Shown: positions 29,301 to 41,299, counted from the first letter of the stretch. The stretch: DNA of 64,000 bases from Antedon mediterranea (GCF_964355755.1 NC_092674.1:4092001-4156000); one strand, 5' to 3'. Numbers and translations are program-made. Notes: generated from the sequence alone by a model not told the origin.

Positions 29301-32300
29301 ATATTCGAGTGGCCATACGATGACGTCACCATGTCCGGTTAGCCATATCGATACATGATTTGATATCTACAACTCATTTACTTCCAGAATCTGAAATTTT
29401 AAAAATGTTCACCTCGTAGTTTACAATCTATGACTGTTTTAAAAAAGGCATAATTTTGACGAATTTTTGAACTTTTTCATCAAAAACGCGCGCAAATTGT
29501 TCAATTCTACGTGCTCGTATGACGTGATTTGAAGTCGAAATTGATTGAAAATTGGTAAATTTACTAGAAAATGCTGAAAAAACAAAAATCAAGCAAAAAA
29601 AAGATGTTTTTGCGCTAAGTGCGCACGCGCGCGTAAAAAAATTGGGCACCCGTGGGAAATTTTGAAATGCTCAAAATGACCTGAAACGCGTAGAAAGTTG
29701 ATTAGAAATTGATTTTACGCATTTTGAAATTTTAAACTCACGTGCACGCGTAACTTTATCTGAAACATGCCATTTTTAATCCATAGAAAGTTTGCGCATG
29801 ATATGACTTAAATTTTCACCAAGTTTCAATACAAAATGACTTTTAGTTTTTAATCTATGATCAATCATTGAAATTCATAAAATCGCGCGTAACTTACGCT
29901 GCGCGACTCTAAAGTAAAAAAACGAACGTCCTGCACATCTACCGCTAGAGGTCAATATTATGACAAAGTTACAAAATCTTATGTTGGCCAGAATTAGAGA
30001 TATGCGTGCAACAAAATTCGTGGAAAGAAAGAAGAAAATAGAAAAAAAAGAAAAAAAAAAAGAAAAAAAAAAAAAAGATCCTGACAATAACAAGGGGTTA
30101 TCCGCCAAGTGCGGATAACCAATTTAAACAATATATAAAAATGCCTTAAGCTCTGTCTACACTATCAACCTTGATGTGACATAAAAATGTGATGTTCCCA
30201 AATATTGACATGATGATGTCATATCACTTCCATATTTGGGCATATCACTACCATATTTGGACACATCACACTAGTTTGATAGTGGAGACAGAGCTTAAGG
30301 CATATAAATAAACATTGTGTGTGTATGTGAGATATCCAAAACATTTTGCTAAATAATTGCGAAAACAGGTTAGTATTTACTGCAGTAGAACAGAAGCAAG
30401 AATTAAAATATGTTTTTATTTTTTAGATTGCGGGAAGAAAGCCATAAAGAAAATCTTGGAATAATAGTACAATATAAAGTTAAGGTGAAACTAGTAGTGG
30501 CATATGGAGGGTACGTATGAAGATGCTGCTCTTGGTTGTCATAGGAACATGCTTCTCTTATAGTGCTAAGCCTTTCTCTTTGTAGCTCACACACCCCTGG
30601 TGTAACCAGGCCTATAATCATCAATATCTCAAGAGATCTCTGATGAAATACTGAATTTTCTTGTACTTGCAAATTTCACAATATGAGCACCTCCATTTTA
30701 TAATTACACTATCATATTACATGTATTCAATTATCCAAGACATGATTTATTATTAAACATTAATTGGAATTTAGGCTGAATGATAAATAAGTGAACTATA
30801 AATATGTATGTACACATATAAATTCATAACAAAATAAATCATAGCAGGCCTCGAATTTGGGGATTTTAGGGGCAAGGCCATTTGGCCTCCGGTTTTCATT
30901 GATTTTAGGGGCACCAAGGCCAAATGGGAGGGCACCAAGGCCATTTGTTTTAAATCAAAGGGGCACCAAGGCCAAAATCAAAAAATATTTCAATAACTAG
31001 GCCAAAATTTAAAAATAGCTTGTTTCCGGTTGAGGGTGGAATTTTTTTCCAAAAAAAAAAAAAAATTCTACCCGCAAAATGTTTTGAAGATTTCCCCCTA
31101 TTCATCAGATCGCGGAGTAGTAGTAGGACTGTCTACAATACATCTTTTTGTATTTCATATAAATATTACGTGTATTTACGATCCATATAAATAATAAATA
31201 GGTACGATGTTCAGCGTTTATAGTTTACCGTCCTGTGTTGAATGTTTCGTTTAGTTTCAAATAATGCGATAAAAAGGCATGTGAAGCCAACCAAGTAAGG
31301 CCCGGAACAGGTATAACAAGAATATTTCTTACAAAAAACGCTGCTCGCTTATTGTTATTGCTAAGGTCAAGTCTGGGGGTCACTTCATCACGCCTAGATA
31401 CTTCAAGTATCCTATTACAAACAAAAACTTCAATGGACTGTTTTGATAATAATTCAATGATTATCTGACAGCGAATTATATCATGGGACTCATAAATACC
31501 AGAATGCTTTGGGATTTGTCGTTAGACTCTTTTCTCAGCCGTTTTTGGATTCAACAGGTGGTACCAATAAATTATAGTGGAGTTTCCATTTTAACAAAAA
31601 TGTCAAAGTGTAGTACTATAAAGCTGCTTGATTTCATCTAATGAATGAGTCATCTCGTGTGACGTAGCGGGCTAGAGCAGCAGCGTGAAAACCCTTAATA
31701 ACAGCAAGCTACTCAGCCTTACTTAGCTAGCAGCCGACGGAGAAAACATGATACAAAAACAATTTGTTTGTAGGCCTTACCTACAACTATTCATACACAG
31801 AGTGTTAACCACGGTAAAAATCAAGCCAATGACATTATGTAGTAGAATATAAATTATAGTTATTTTCCGAGTTTCGATTTCTGAAGCTTTTTTGTTAGTA
31901 TAACCCATATGTATAAGAATTCAAAACACGGACGGACACCGACCCCTTTCTCTCTCTCTGTTCAGCCCAAAGATACTATAGCGCCACGATCTTTGGTTCA
32001 GCCTTCGGCACGTGTATTCTGGACTATACCATTTCCTTGAATTCGGTAAAAACGCGTTTGGTAATTTAGTGTACGACGTTGTTAAACAAGATTTTTCGAT
32101 GATCTGTCTGCTGGATTGAGGTGGGTGCGATAAAATATAAATATGATATACTTCCAACGATCTTCGGTTTGAGGTGCAGGTTTAACTTTGGTGCTAAAGG
32201 TAAACACCCCTAATTTTACACGTATAATGGACTACACCATGCAGGAACGCACATGGTATTTTCTTCTCAGAGGGTGCGTGTACGTCAAAAGGAATTGTTT

Positions 32301-35300
32301 TTCCAACGATCCGATCCTTCGCGCGTACTCTCACACACGACATTGTGAGTTAGTGTGTGAAATTTCTTATCAGAGGGTGCGTGTGCGTCAAATAGAATTG
32401 TTTTCCCAATGCATTGAATATTTGAATTGCGTGTGTTCGACCGGATCGGCGGCGGGAGGATAGGCTAGGCTAGCTAGGAGTGCATGTAATTTTTTTTATC
32501 GAAGGCGGCTAGCTCGATTATTGTGCGACTTTAATACTTTCAGTAACCTCCGATCGAGGAACGTTTTTAGCTTGATTATTAAAAGTTTACACCCCTGTAT
32601 TTTAATGTACTATCTATACCATGATTTACCACGCACGGCGGCCGGGATGATATTGTTTTGGTTACCCTATTGCAATGTTCGATGTTTTGTTTACTGTTTG
32701 TGTGTACAGTATTAATAAATGCGTTTATGGAAATCCCCTTGCAACGAAGACAGGCGATAGTTTTGCGTCTCGTCCGAGTCGTGTAAACAAATCTTCTTGA
32801 CATTATTTTCTATCTAATTCAGTGGTTTTTATTGTGGTAAAACTCGGGAAGGGCACTCGCGGCCAACGCAAAAAAAAGGGCAGGCCAGTAGTGGCCGTGG
32901 GTGCTATTTATTTTCGAGGGCATTGAGGCCAACTGGGAGGGCACCGACGGCACTGGCCGCGGTGGCCGCGGTAAAATTCGAGGCCTGTCATAGCTCACTA
33001 AATAAATCACACATAAAATAACATTTTTGTATGTTAATATATATGAAGTTTGCTCAATAATAGTACTGTATATTATTTTTTATAGTGATTTGTCTGTTGA
33101 GTTGCCATTTACACTCAGTCATCCGAAGCCTCAAGAAGAATTTGAAAAACCAGTGCCGACAGCTACTGATGAAACAGAGACACCAGGTATTTAGGCCTAT
33201 TGTCAATGATTCGCTCTGTCTACACTATTAAACTAGTTTGACAAAAAAAAGTGTGGTGTACCCAAATTTGGTAATGATATGACATCATCATGTCCATATA
33301 TGGGATATACAGTATGGGCACATCACATTTTTTGTCACATAAAGTTTGATAGTGTAGATAGAGCTTTAACATAAATCAATCCAAGGATGTTGTTTCTCAA
33401 AAATAAATAGATATCAAAAATAAATAATTTAATTTTAGCCGTCAACAACATGGTTGCTTTCCAATCCGAAGATCCAGAGAGCATTTGTAACCAAGGTTGT
33501 AACTCACAACTCTTTTTACTACATTCCGTTATCCTCAAATGAATCTATATATCTATATAATAATCTATATAAGCATAATATAGTTTATCCATCCTATAAT
33601 TGGTAACTTTCTTGCTGCTAGTGCTAGATGTATGTGAAATAAAATTTAAATATTTTGCTTTTTTCAGATACAAGCAAAGAGCAGGAAGTGCCCCCTCTTG
33701 ATGCAAACCTCATTCAATTCGACTCCAGGTTTGTAAATCATTTAAAATCTATTTTAACCTTCTTTCAAAATGTTTCAGAGGACGTCTTCAGGCTTAGTTA
33801 ATAAAGTATAACAAATAGTTTTTACAGAGATTTTGTTTTAAGAAAATTGTGTTGATAATCGTTAATTTGAACTTGTCCTGCCTCCTTATTTTCTTTTAAG
33901 CCCTGTCTACACTATCAAACTAGTTTGGGAAAAAAATGTGATCAAATATGGTAGTGATATGACATCATCATGTCCATATGTGCACATCACTTTTTTGTTT
34001 ACAAAGTTTGATAGTGTAGACAGAGCGTTAAGCATGGTATATACTAATTTGGTCAATCCTGAATGTATTGTGAAATTGATTCTGTTCTTTTTATTTTATT
34101 TGATATAATCTTCATAAATTTTAATGAAATGCGATTGATCTAATGTGTAGCAGTTTGTGCATCCCATTTGAGAAAGGTTAAATCTTTAAAGCACTGTCGA
34201 CAGACATGTGACAAAATAATGTAATGTGCCCATATATGGACATGATGATGTCATATCACAACCATATTTAAGCATATCACTACCATATTTGGGCACATCA
34301 CATTTTTTTGTCAAACTAGTTTGATAGTGTGGACAGAGCTTTAGTTATAGCATGTTTAACCCTTTTTCTTTTACTAATGGTATACTTTTCTCTATTTGAA
34401 ATTGTTGTTAACCTGATCATATGTAGGCATGATCCTAATAAAAGAGCAAATAAATATTGCGTTGGAAAGACGATGTCATGTGGCATGATATCTAACAGGT
34501 AGATTATTGTTGCATGTTGCTGTTCTTCGTGTACATTTTCTTTGTATAGGATAATATTAATTGGAATATTGTAATATCTCGACAAAAAGTTTATTGTAAA
34601 AAACAAGCACAGATGATATTACATTCTTTGTCTGCACAAAAACCACGCCCTTGCCTTTTAGATTAAAGGTAAAGTCCTTTACTCATTTTGAACGTAGGGG
34701 TGAGCTGTTCAGAGCTCATTGTACTAAGCATTGGCATGATACGGTAACCAGTTTGTTTCCACTCCACCTTATTCACCCTAGTATTTTTCAACCAGGTACT
34801 CATTTACAGCTGAGTGGACTGGCAGTTCTTATCAGGACTTGAACCCAAGTCTTTATGAATCAAATCTAGAGAACCTTATTGTGATTTATTCCTTTCCCGA
34901 CATGTGACTATTTATCACTCACAGAAATCATGCACTCAACTTTCTGATTTAATATCTGAAAATGAAATAGATTGAGTAGATGTCACACACACTTTGTTAA
35001 TGTCATTCTACAGTTGCAATGGATTGTGCTCAATGTTGTACACTTCTCCACATAATTGTATTTTGAGAACGTTTGTTGGCTTGTCCTAATGTATTAGCAA
35101 CACAATGCTATATTATTAGGAACACATGTTGTGGATAGTGTGTATTTATTGTGAACAACAGCTGAAAATAAAAATGTTAGGTGGTGAGGGGGCTGAGAGA
35201 TGTTGGGTGGTGGTGGTTGGGGGAAGGAATGACAAACAGTATTAACACAAATGTTGTATTGGCTAGACTTATTAATGTAGGATTTCCATACAGTAGATTT

Positions 35301-37410
35301 GCTACAGTATCTAAGGCCACTACAGACACACCTGTCATCATAACAATGTTTGCATGCTATGCTATAACATTGTCATTACTTTTTCAACACTGATCATCAT
35401 TGTCACAGTCAATATTTCCGTATTTAAAACTCACTTTATTTGAGGACACAAATAGACACAAATGTTGCTTAAATGTTCAGATGTTGTTTCTTGGTAAGTG
35501 GTAAATTTAAACACATTTTTCTTGTGTTAAAATTGTCACATAAATGAGTAATGTTTGTCAGACCAAATTGGCGCACAGTTTTATGATCATATATTGTATT
35601 GATAGTACTACAGTAATTTAAATGAGTTTTATTTTATCAAAGAAACATAAAGAGATTGGATCACTGTCATAGTACATTCATGTTACATCTTGTTTATAAC
35701 AATTGCACATTTGTATTATTTGTGGTAGTGGAATGGACTTTCTGGGTATGGTGTGACAAAAATATCATGGTTGAAAAGGGTATGGTGTGCCAACCAATAT
35801 TATGGTTGAAAAGGGTATGGTGTGCCAACCAATATCATGGTTGAAAAGGGTGTGGTGTGCCAAAAATATCATGGTTGAAAAGGGTATGATGTGCCAACCA
35901 ATATCATGGTTGAAAAGGGTATGGTGTGCCAACCAATATCATGGTTGAAAAGGGTATGTTGTGCCAACCAATGTTATGGTTGAAAAGGGTATGGTGTGCC
36001 AACCAATATCATGGTTGAAAAGGGTGTGGTGTGCCAAAAATATCATGGTTGAAAAGGGTATGATGTGCCAACCAATATCATGGTTGAAAAGGGTATGGTG
36101 TGCCAACCAATATCATGGTTGAAAAGGGTATGATGTGCCAACCAATATCATGGTTGAAAAGGGTATGGTGTGCCAAAAATATCATGGTTGAAAAGGGTAT
36201 GGTGTGCCAACCAATATTATGGTTGAAAAGGGTATGTTGTGCCAACCAATGTTATGGTTGAAAAGGGTATGGTGTGCCAACCAATATCATGGTTGAAAAG
36301 GGTGTGGTGTGCCAAAAATATCATGGTTGAAAAGGGTATGATGTGCCAACCAATATCATGGTTGAAAAGGGTATGGTGTGCCAACCAATATCATGGTTGA
36401 AAAGGGTATGATGTGCCAACCAATATCATGGTTGAAAAGGGTATGGTGTGCCAACCAATATCATGGTTGAAAAATCTATGGTGTGCCAACCAATATGGGT
36501 AAAACGATTATGGTGTGACAAACAATATCATGGTTGAAAAGGGTATAGTGTGCCAATCAATATCATGGTTAAAAAGGGTATGTTGTGCCAACCAATATCA
36601 TGGTTGAAAAGGGTATGGTGTGCCAACCAATATCATGTCTGAAAACTAGGTTGTGGTGTGCCAACCAATATCATGGTTGAAAACTAGTGTGTGGTGTGCC
36701 AACCAATATCATGGTTGAAAAGGGTGTGGTGTGCCAACCAATATCATGGTTGAAAAGGGTGTGGTGTGCCAACCAATATCATGGTTGAAAAGGGTGTGGT
36801 GTGCCAACCAATATCATGGTTGAAAAGGGTATGGTGTGCCAATCAATATCATGGCTAAAAAGGGTATGGTGTGCCAATCAATATCATGGTTGAAAAGGAG
36901 ATGGTGTGCCAACCAATATCATGGTTGAAAAGGGTATGGTGTGCCAACCAATATGGGTGAAACAATTATGGTGTGACAAACAATATCTTGGTTGAAAAGG
37001 GTATAGTATGCTAACCAATATCATGGTTGAAAAGGGTATGGTGTGCCAACCAATATCATGGTTGAAACGGGTATGGTGTGCCAACCAATATCATGGTTGA
37101 AACGGGTATGGTGTGCCAACCAATATTATGGTTGAAACGGGTATGGTGTGCCAACCAATATCATGGTTGAAAAGGGTATGGTGTGCCAACCAAGATCATG
37201 GTTAAAAAGGTTATGGTGTGCCAACCAATGGTATGGTTGAAAAGGGTATGGTGTGCCAAACAATATCATGTTTCATCATCAGCGAACTAATCTGTACTTT
37301 TTTTTTCTAGCATGGAACCAACTCGGCATGACGAGGATGATGATTTAATCTTTGAAGATTTTGCCCGTCTTCGTTTGAAAGGCGTCGAGGGAGAGGGAAC
37401 CGAAGCTTAA
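5335..37410 (+). CDS. ARRB: Beta-arrestin (non-visual arrestin), 12 coding exons, 438 aa
   Basis: GT-AG exons in consistent phase: 5335-5396, 18755-18785, 23778-23838, 25961-26202, 26765-26864, 27208-27371, 28013-28173, 28600-28749, 30427-30510, 33086-33186, 33668-33728, 37311-37410 (1317 nt). Translation contains [86 protein letters not shown], clathrin box LIQFD and AP2 motif [20 protein letters not shown]1 versus ARRB2 cannot be assigned. Confidence 0.97.
6226..6343. repeat. 11-bp minisatellite (ACATATACTGT)n
   Basis: Direct inspection, about 10 copies. Confidence 0.9.
6927..7285. mobile_element. Foldback MITE with about 80-bp TIRs
   Basis: TATAGAGTATCACGGTG-TGACGTCAC...ATGCGTTCAGC at left, GCTGAACGCAT...GTGACGTCAGCACCGTGATACTCTATA at right; superfamily unresolved. 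Confidence 0.8.
7560..8700. repeat. Compound minisatellite of 18-bp (CAGTAATGTGCTGTCGTG) and 24-bp (TAGTAATGTGCTGACAATGACATG) units
   Basis: Direct inspection; homogeneous centre with degenerate flanks. Explains the repetitive ORFs in the track. Confidence 0.95.
8856..11783. mobile_element. Non-autonomous DNA transposon, Sola3-like (2.9 kb)
   Basis: TTAA|GAGCCATTGTCTGTAAAAATCAAAGA ... TCTTTGATTCTTACAGACAATGGCTC|TTAA. Imperfect inverted similarity continues for roughly 500 bp. TTAA TSD, GAG/CTC termini and long TIRs match Sola3. No transposase ORF. Confidence 0.75.
14968..15191. mobile_element. Tc1/mariner-pogo-like MITE
   Basis: TA|CCGTATCCTCGGGTATAATCCCA ... TGGGATTATACCAGAGGATATACAG|TA. 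Confidence 0.65.
16112..16883. mobile_element. PIF/Harbinger-like non-autonomous element (772 bp)
   Basis: TIRs GGGCGCGTTTATACAACAC and GTGTTGTATAAACACGACC, flanks TTA/TTT, GC- and CpG-richer interior. Confidence 0.65.
19572..19876. mobile_element. Kolobok-like MITE (TTAA flanks)
   Basis: TTAAAGATGTATTGTCCCC ... GGGGACAATATATGTTTAA; related copies at about 20280-20585 and 28213-28449. Confidence 0.7.
22134..22308. mobile_element. hAT-like MITE with 5-bp TSD
   Basis: GAAGG|CAGGGAAAATTTTC ... GAAAATGTTCCCTG|GAAGG. Confidence 0.7.
23230..23600 (+). repeat. Low-complexity polypyrimidine tract
   Basis: About 370 bp dominated by C and T, upstream of beta-arrestin coding exon 3. Confidence 0.85.
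24785..25670. repeat. Tandem duplication of 443 bp (24785-25227 and 25228-25670)
   Basis: Copies appear identical by eye; identical 79-aa ORFs at 24832 and 25275 (offset 443); CA microhomology at the junction. Confidence 0.95.
25453..25809 (-). mobile_element. 5S rRNA-derived SINE (SINE3 type)
   Basis: Minus strand 25809-25696 is a near full-length diverged 5S sequence (TACGGCTTTACCACGTTGAAACACCGGTTCTCGTCAGATCACCGAAGTTAAGC...CTTGGATGGGAGACCATCTGGGAATAACGGGTGCTGTA). It has no T-run terminator and continues into about 240 bp of body with a (TAAAA)n tail; the 3' end recurs at 28805-28900. Confidence 0.88.
27378..27889. mobile_element. pogo/Tc1-like MITE with an internal 19-23 bp tandem expansion (CCCCTAAATAGGAGTG)
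   Basis: TAGAACCTCTATTAAGGGGACACC ... AGAGGGGTTCTATTGTA, array at 27495-27870. Family members with CAGTAGAACC-type ends at about 10599, 24914, 45945, 47100 and 47790. Confidence 0.7.
28213..28449. mobile_element. Kolobok-like MITE, same family as 19572-19876
   Basis: TTAAAGATGTATTGTCCCCCAAAAACATGAAAAAT ... GGGGGAAAATATATCTTTAA. Confidence 0.7.
28805..28900 (+). mobile_element. 5'-truncated copy of the 5S-derived SINE 3' end
   Basis: TCAAGGTGCTTTAAACAGTCCTGGCTTTG...GGTTTCGATTGAATAAAATAAAA is nearly identical to the reverse complement of about 25470-25558. Confidence 0.85.
28899..30123. mobile_element. Helentron-associated non-autonomous element (HINE/DINE-like)
   Basis: Starts AACTAGATTTGAACTCGTC..GACGAGTTAGGTTATCCGC and ends in the hairpin GGTTATCCGC-CAAGT-GCGGATAACC (30096-30120). 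Subterminal inverted repeat shared with the hairpin, insertion in an A-run, no TSD. Related terminus at about 12388. Confidence 0.7.
30845..32987. mobile_element. hAT-like non-autonomous transposon (2143 bp) with 6-bp TSD
   Basis: TCATAG|CAGGCCTCGAATTT ... AAATTCGAGGCCTG|TCATAG: perfect 14-bp TIR, with subterminal GGGCACCAAGGCCA-type repeats at both ends. Confidence 0.85.
34660..34870 (-). mobile_element. SINE remnant (Meta-domain-like)
   Basis: Minus strand has B-box-like GGGTTCAAGTCC, then CCAGTCCACTCAGCTGTAAATGAGTACCTGG and a CTTTACCTTTA tail. Confidence 0.55.
35745..37270. repeat. 35-bp minisatellite, about 43 copies (ATGGTGTGCCAACCAATATCATGGTTGAAAAGGGT)
   Basis: Head-to-tail units with no spacers, in the last beta-arrestin intron. 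Confidence 0.97.
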
Positions 37411-38915
37411 AGTTGTTTAGCGTGAATGACCGCACATTTCACAAATATTATTATATACAAGCTTACACTAATATTGTCTAGTGTCAACTTTAACTTAATT
37501 TTAAAGATTTTAAAATTCAATGTTTCAGTGATAGTTTGTGCGTTTTAATGGTTATGTCATAGTTCACAGTGATGTCATATGTGATGTCATAGATGAGGCT
37601 ACATGTGATGTCATGGTTCATGGGTGATGTCATAATGTAATATGGGATGTAATCAATATGTCATGATGATGTCAATGTTTATGTTATAAATTATATAATT
37701 TTGTATGTTGTAATGTCATTTTTTATGTCATAATTTGAAGCAGAGATGATGTCATAAATTGTTGTGACATCATCTGTGACATCATCATGATGTCATAATC
37801 TTGACATCTAGGTGCTGTAAGTAACAAGCTTCTATTTTTATACCTGAAAGGTAATTGTTGGAGATTACAAATATGAATTTACTGTTCTACAATTATTTCA
37901 GTAGGAAATATAATAACAATTTAAATCTCAATATTCAATCGCCGATAAGATTTTAAATTTTACCATTGCAGATACTTTTTAAATTTGTTTTTGCAATAAT
38001 ATATATATATGTTATTTTCATATTTACAACCTAGTGATTAACCATAGAATTTTCAAATATTATTTTTTAGATACAACTTCATAAATATAGTTTAAAAGTT
38101 CAAAAACATAATGACATGATTTATTTTTAGATAAGATAAAGCAACGATTAGGATCAAATGTCGCCTGTAGGGTTTATATTTTCTTAGGCCTATGAGAGTG
38201 TTTCAATAAAGGTGCATTAATATATGTATATTAAATGTTTACAAATCCCAGCATATCATGTATAGGTGTGGACAAGCTCTTTAAATTGAGTGAATTACTG
38301 TTGGACGAAATATTAATCATATTAAATTATTGATCATGAATAGGACCATTGGGATCACCTTGATTGGATATTGTGATCAAAATGGTGGTTTGTGATAGCA
38401 TCTGTTTACTGTGATCATCAGCGTTTACTGCGATGTATGCACTGTAGTAAATGATTTCTTTAAATTTGTATTTTATATTTACTTAATAATCAAACAACTG
38501 GTTGTCTTTATTTGTGATCACTATAACAAAGTAATCATGACTTGTTGTGATCGCTGTGATCATTCATTGTGCATTAAATTAATCATAGTGTGTTATTCAT
38601 CGTATGTGATCACTTATGGGTTTTCTGATCAGGGTCTGATAATATTGCCCCTTATTAGGTTGTACCTTGTGGTTCTCTAATAGGATTTCTCCTGACGTTG
38701 ATGTTTCTTACTAAGGTTGCCTCTCAATAGCAGCGCCTCCTTATATGGTTGTCACATGATAAAGGGTGTTTTGTGATAGAGGTGTCCCTTAATAGGGCTG
38801 TCCCTTAATAGAGGTGTTCACAAATGTATAGCCTGCTATTCTGCACAAGTTCACAGTGTCATGGCTTATCATTATTTATTCCTATGTTTTTGTACTTTTT
38901 AGATAGGGTGCTATC

Positions 38916-39034
38916 AAAGAGATTATATAATTTACTAGAGAGTGATCCATATATCACAACTCAAAAACAGCTGTCATTTTGGGTACCTCCTTTGAAACAC
39001 TAGGTCTACCTCTAGTAAATTATATAAGCTCTTT
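38916..39034. repeat. Small foldback element downstream of the beta-arrestin stop
   Basis: AAAGAGATTATATAATTTACTAGAG ... CTCTAGTAAATTATATAAGCTCTTT, 25-bp arms with one mismatch. Confidence 0.75.
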
Positions 39035-41299
39035 AGATGCAATTGACCATTCCTATGTGATGTTAGATAAGTTGTTAATGTTTGTTTTCAATTTTAAGTG
39101 TTGGCAGGAAATTATATTTGCATCCGACTTCTAAATGTTGTAATTTAATGACAATTATGTTGAGCATAAACTGAATCTCTCTGGCAATTTTGTGAAAGCA
39201 CTCACATTCAACAACGTTTGTAAATTCCGTTTTAAATTTATTCCATAATTATTTCCCGTTAAATAAATTACTAACAGTATTTTATTTTGTAGAGAGTGGT
39301 TGGGATTTTCCTGTTTTAACATATCATATTTAAACCATAAACTTATTATTTACTTTATTACTATAAGATCAAAAGCAAATTACTACTTATTTGAGAAATT
39401 TTAATTAATATTCTTTTCCTTACCAAATTTATTTGCTGTTATTGGCCATAAGTTGGCATAGGTATCAATTATTACTGAGCTTTGATGTGTGACTCAGAAT
39501 TATGTAAATTATGCATTATGTAATTTTTCCACGTCATCTCCCGGCTCTGTAAAATTGATTTACATTTTTACAATGACCAAAAAGGATTCAAATATAAATG
39601 TATGTGATAGAATCAACCAAATTGGGTCCTGTGACTTGATAACAAGTTGACAAATCAAACATGTTAATAGTACATTCATATGATGACATAGTTTGTTGTA
39701 AAACCAAAAGCATCTTCTGCACAATAATATATTGCCATGTGTTCTACTTTTTTTGGTCACTATTGTCAATACTATCATAATCATCATAAACAACATTTAT
39801 TTCCAAAAATAGTGGCATCATCTAGAAAGCAGTATGCTTGTGTCAAGGATGCCAGTGTCAAGGATGCCATTTACAAAACAGATGAAGCGAACAACAAAAA
39901 TATATCACAGATATATATAAATAAAACAAAACTAAATATTATTGGGTAATCTAAAAATTACTATACTATCTATCACTGGTGTTCATCCCATTTATTGATA
40001 TTACAAACAAATGTATCTTTTCTCATATCATTTTAGTGTAATTTACGTATTAGAACATTGTATAATATGAATAGTATCCTTTATCATTTAAATTAGTACA
40101 CTGTTATTATATTACCATATGCTGTTAATATTAAATTAATGGTTATATTAGTATAAAATGTATCGTGTATTTATGAGGGAAAATATCATGTATTATAATA
40201 CCATATTGTTTCCACATGTGGGATTTTAACATAAAAATCTCATAGAATTGGATAATGATTTGAGTAAACTAAACTGAACCTAAGAAACTGCAAGGCATGT
40301 ATCATGTTATTTTGTCACTGTTGCCCAAGTTGTCTCCAAAATTAGAAAATTTTGCGAAAACAGAGTAAAACTGCTGAGTTAATATTGGAATCATAAAACA
40401 AAACTAATTGAAAAAAAATCTATAAGAAATATCTATTAACCAATGAAATTGCTGGTTTACTCCACCCAGTTGTTTTTGCAAAAATGACGAAAGCTCATTT
40501 AAGTTTGAGTCTCTGATGAAGCAAAGTAGCATGAACAGTGTGGACACCCACTAAAGAACTTATTTTTACATTCTGAAGTCTGATAGAGTCTTGCCTATGC
40601 CAAGTGTAATTAAAACACAGGCAAATATATTTAACTATTCCCATACTACCTGTCTGTATGGTATATTATTATTACTAAATTCATTCTAAATATTTAAGAA
40701 AGAAATTCCTTCTACTTCTGTGTTTGTAGAGTAACTGCTGAATCACTGCATTGTATTTAATTGTATGTAACCTGTCAAGCAACTACAAGTGAATTAGTAG
40801 CTATATTTGCATTAAGTTTGTGTTTGTGGTATTAAATTGTAGCGTACTGGCAATTGAATGACATGTTTTTTATTTTGTTTTCTATTCAAATATTGCAAAA
40901 AAACATTTGTTTAAAGCCCATAGACTCAAAATATATGACAATTACATTTTCTTTACTAAAGAAAGGATTGCTGACAAACGAACAAGCAAAAAACAATCTC
41001 ATGCAGTATTTTTCACCTTTTGCGCGCCATAGGTTATAATTTCTGCTCGTGGCATGCTCCATAATTTTACAGGTAACAGAGGTTCATTTACAGGTTTATT
41101 TTTTCAAACATAATGGCTGTTTATAGTAAAATTTTACCTAAGTTAAATAGCCGTAAAATTCAATTCAGTTCTGTATAATAATAATATATCAAAGAATGTA
41201 TTGATATTCATTATACTGTATTTGTATAATTTAATCAATACCTTTTATTAAATAGTACAAACCTTCCAAATATGGAAAAAGTAACGCTTGAGTAAGCAA

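Noticed and set aside
35745-37270. CRISPR-like array of 35-bp palindromic repeats
   Set aside because: Units are head-to-tail with no unique spacers, there are no cas genes, and the context is a eukaryotic intron: it is a minisatellite.
40484-40583. Box C/D snoRNA (ATGACGA...CTGA) or hammerhead
   Set aside because: The candidate guide matches recalled 28S sequence only with a gap, there is no terminal stem and the site is not intronic; a hammerhead fold lacks stem I.
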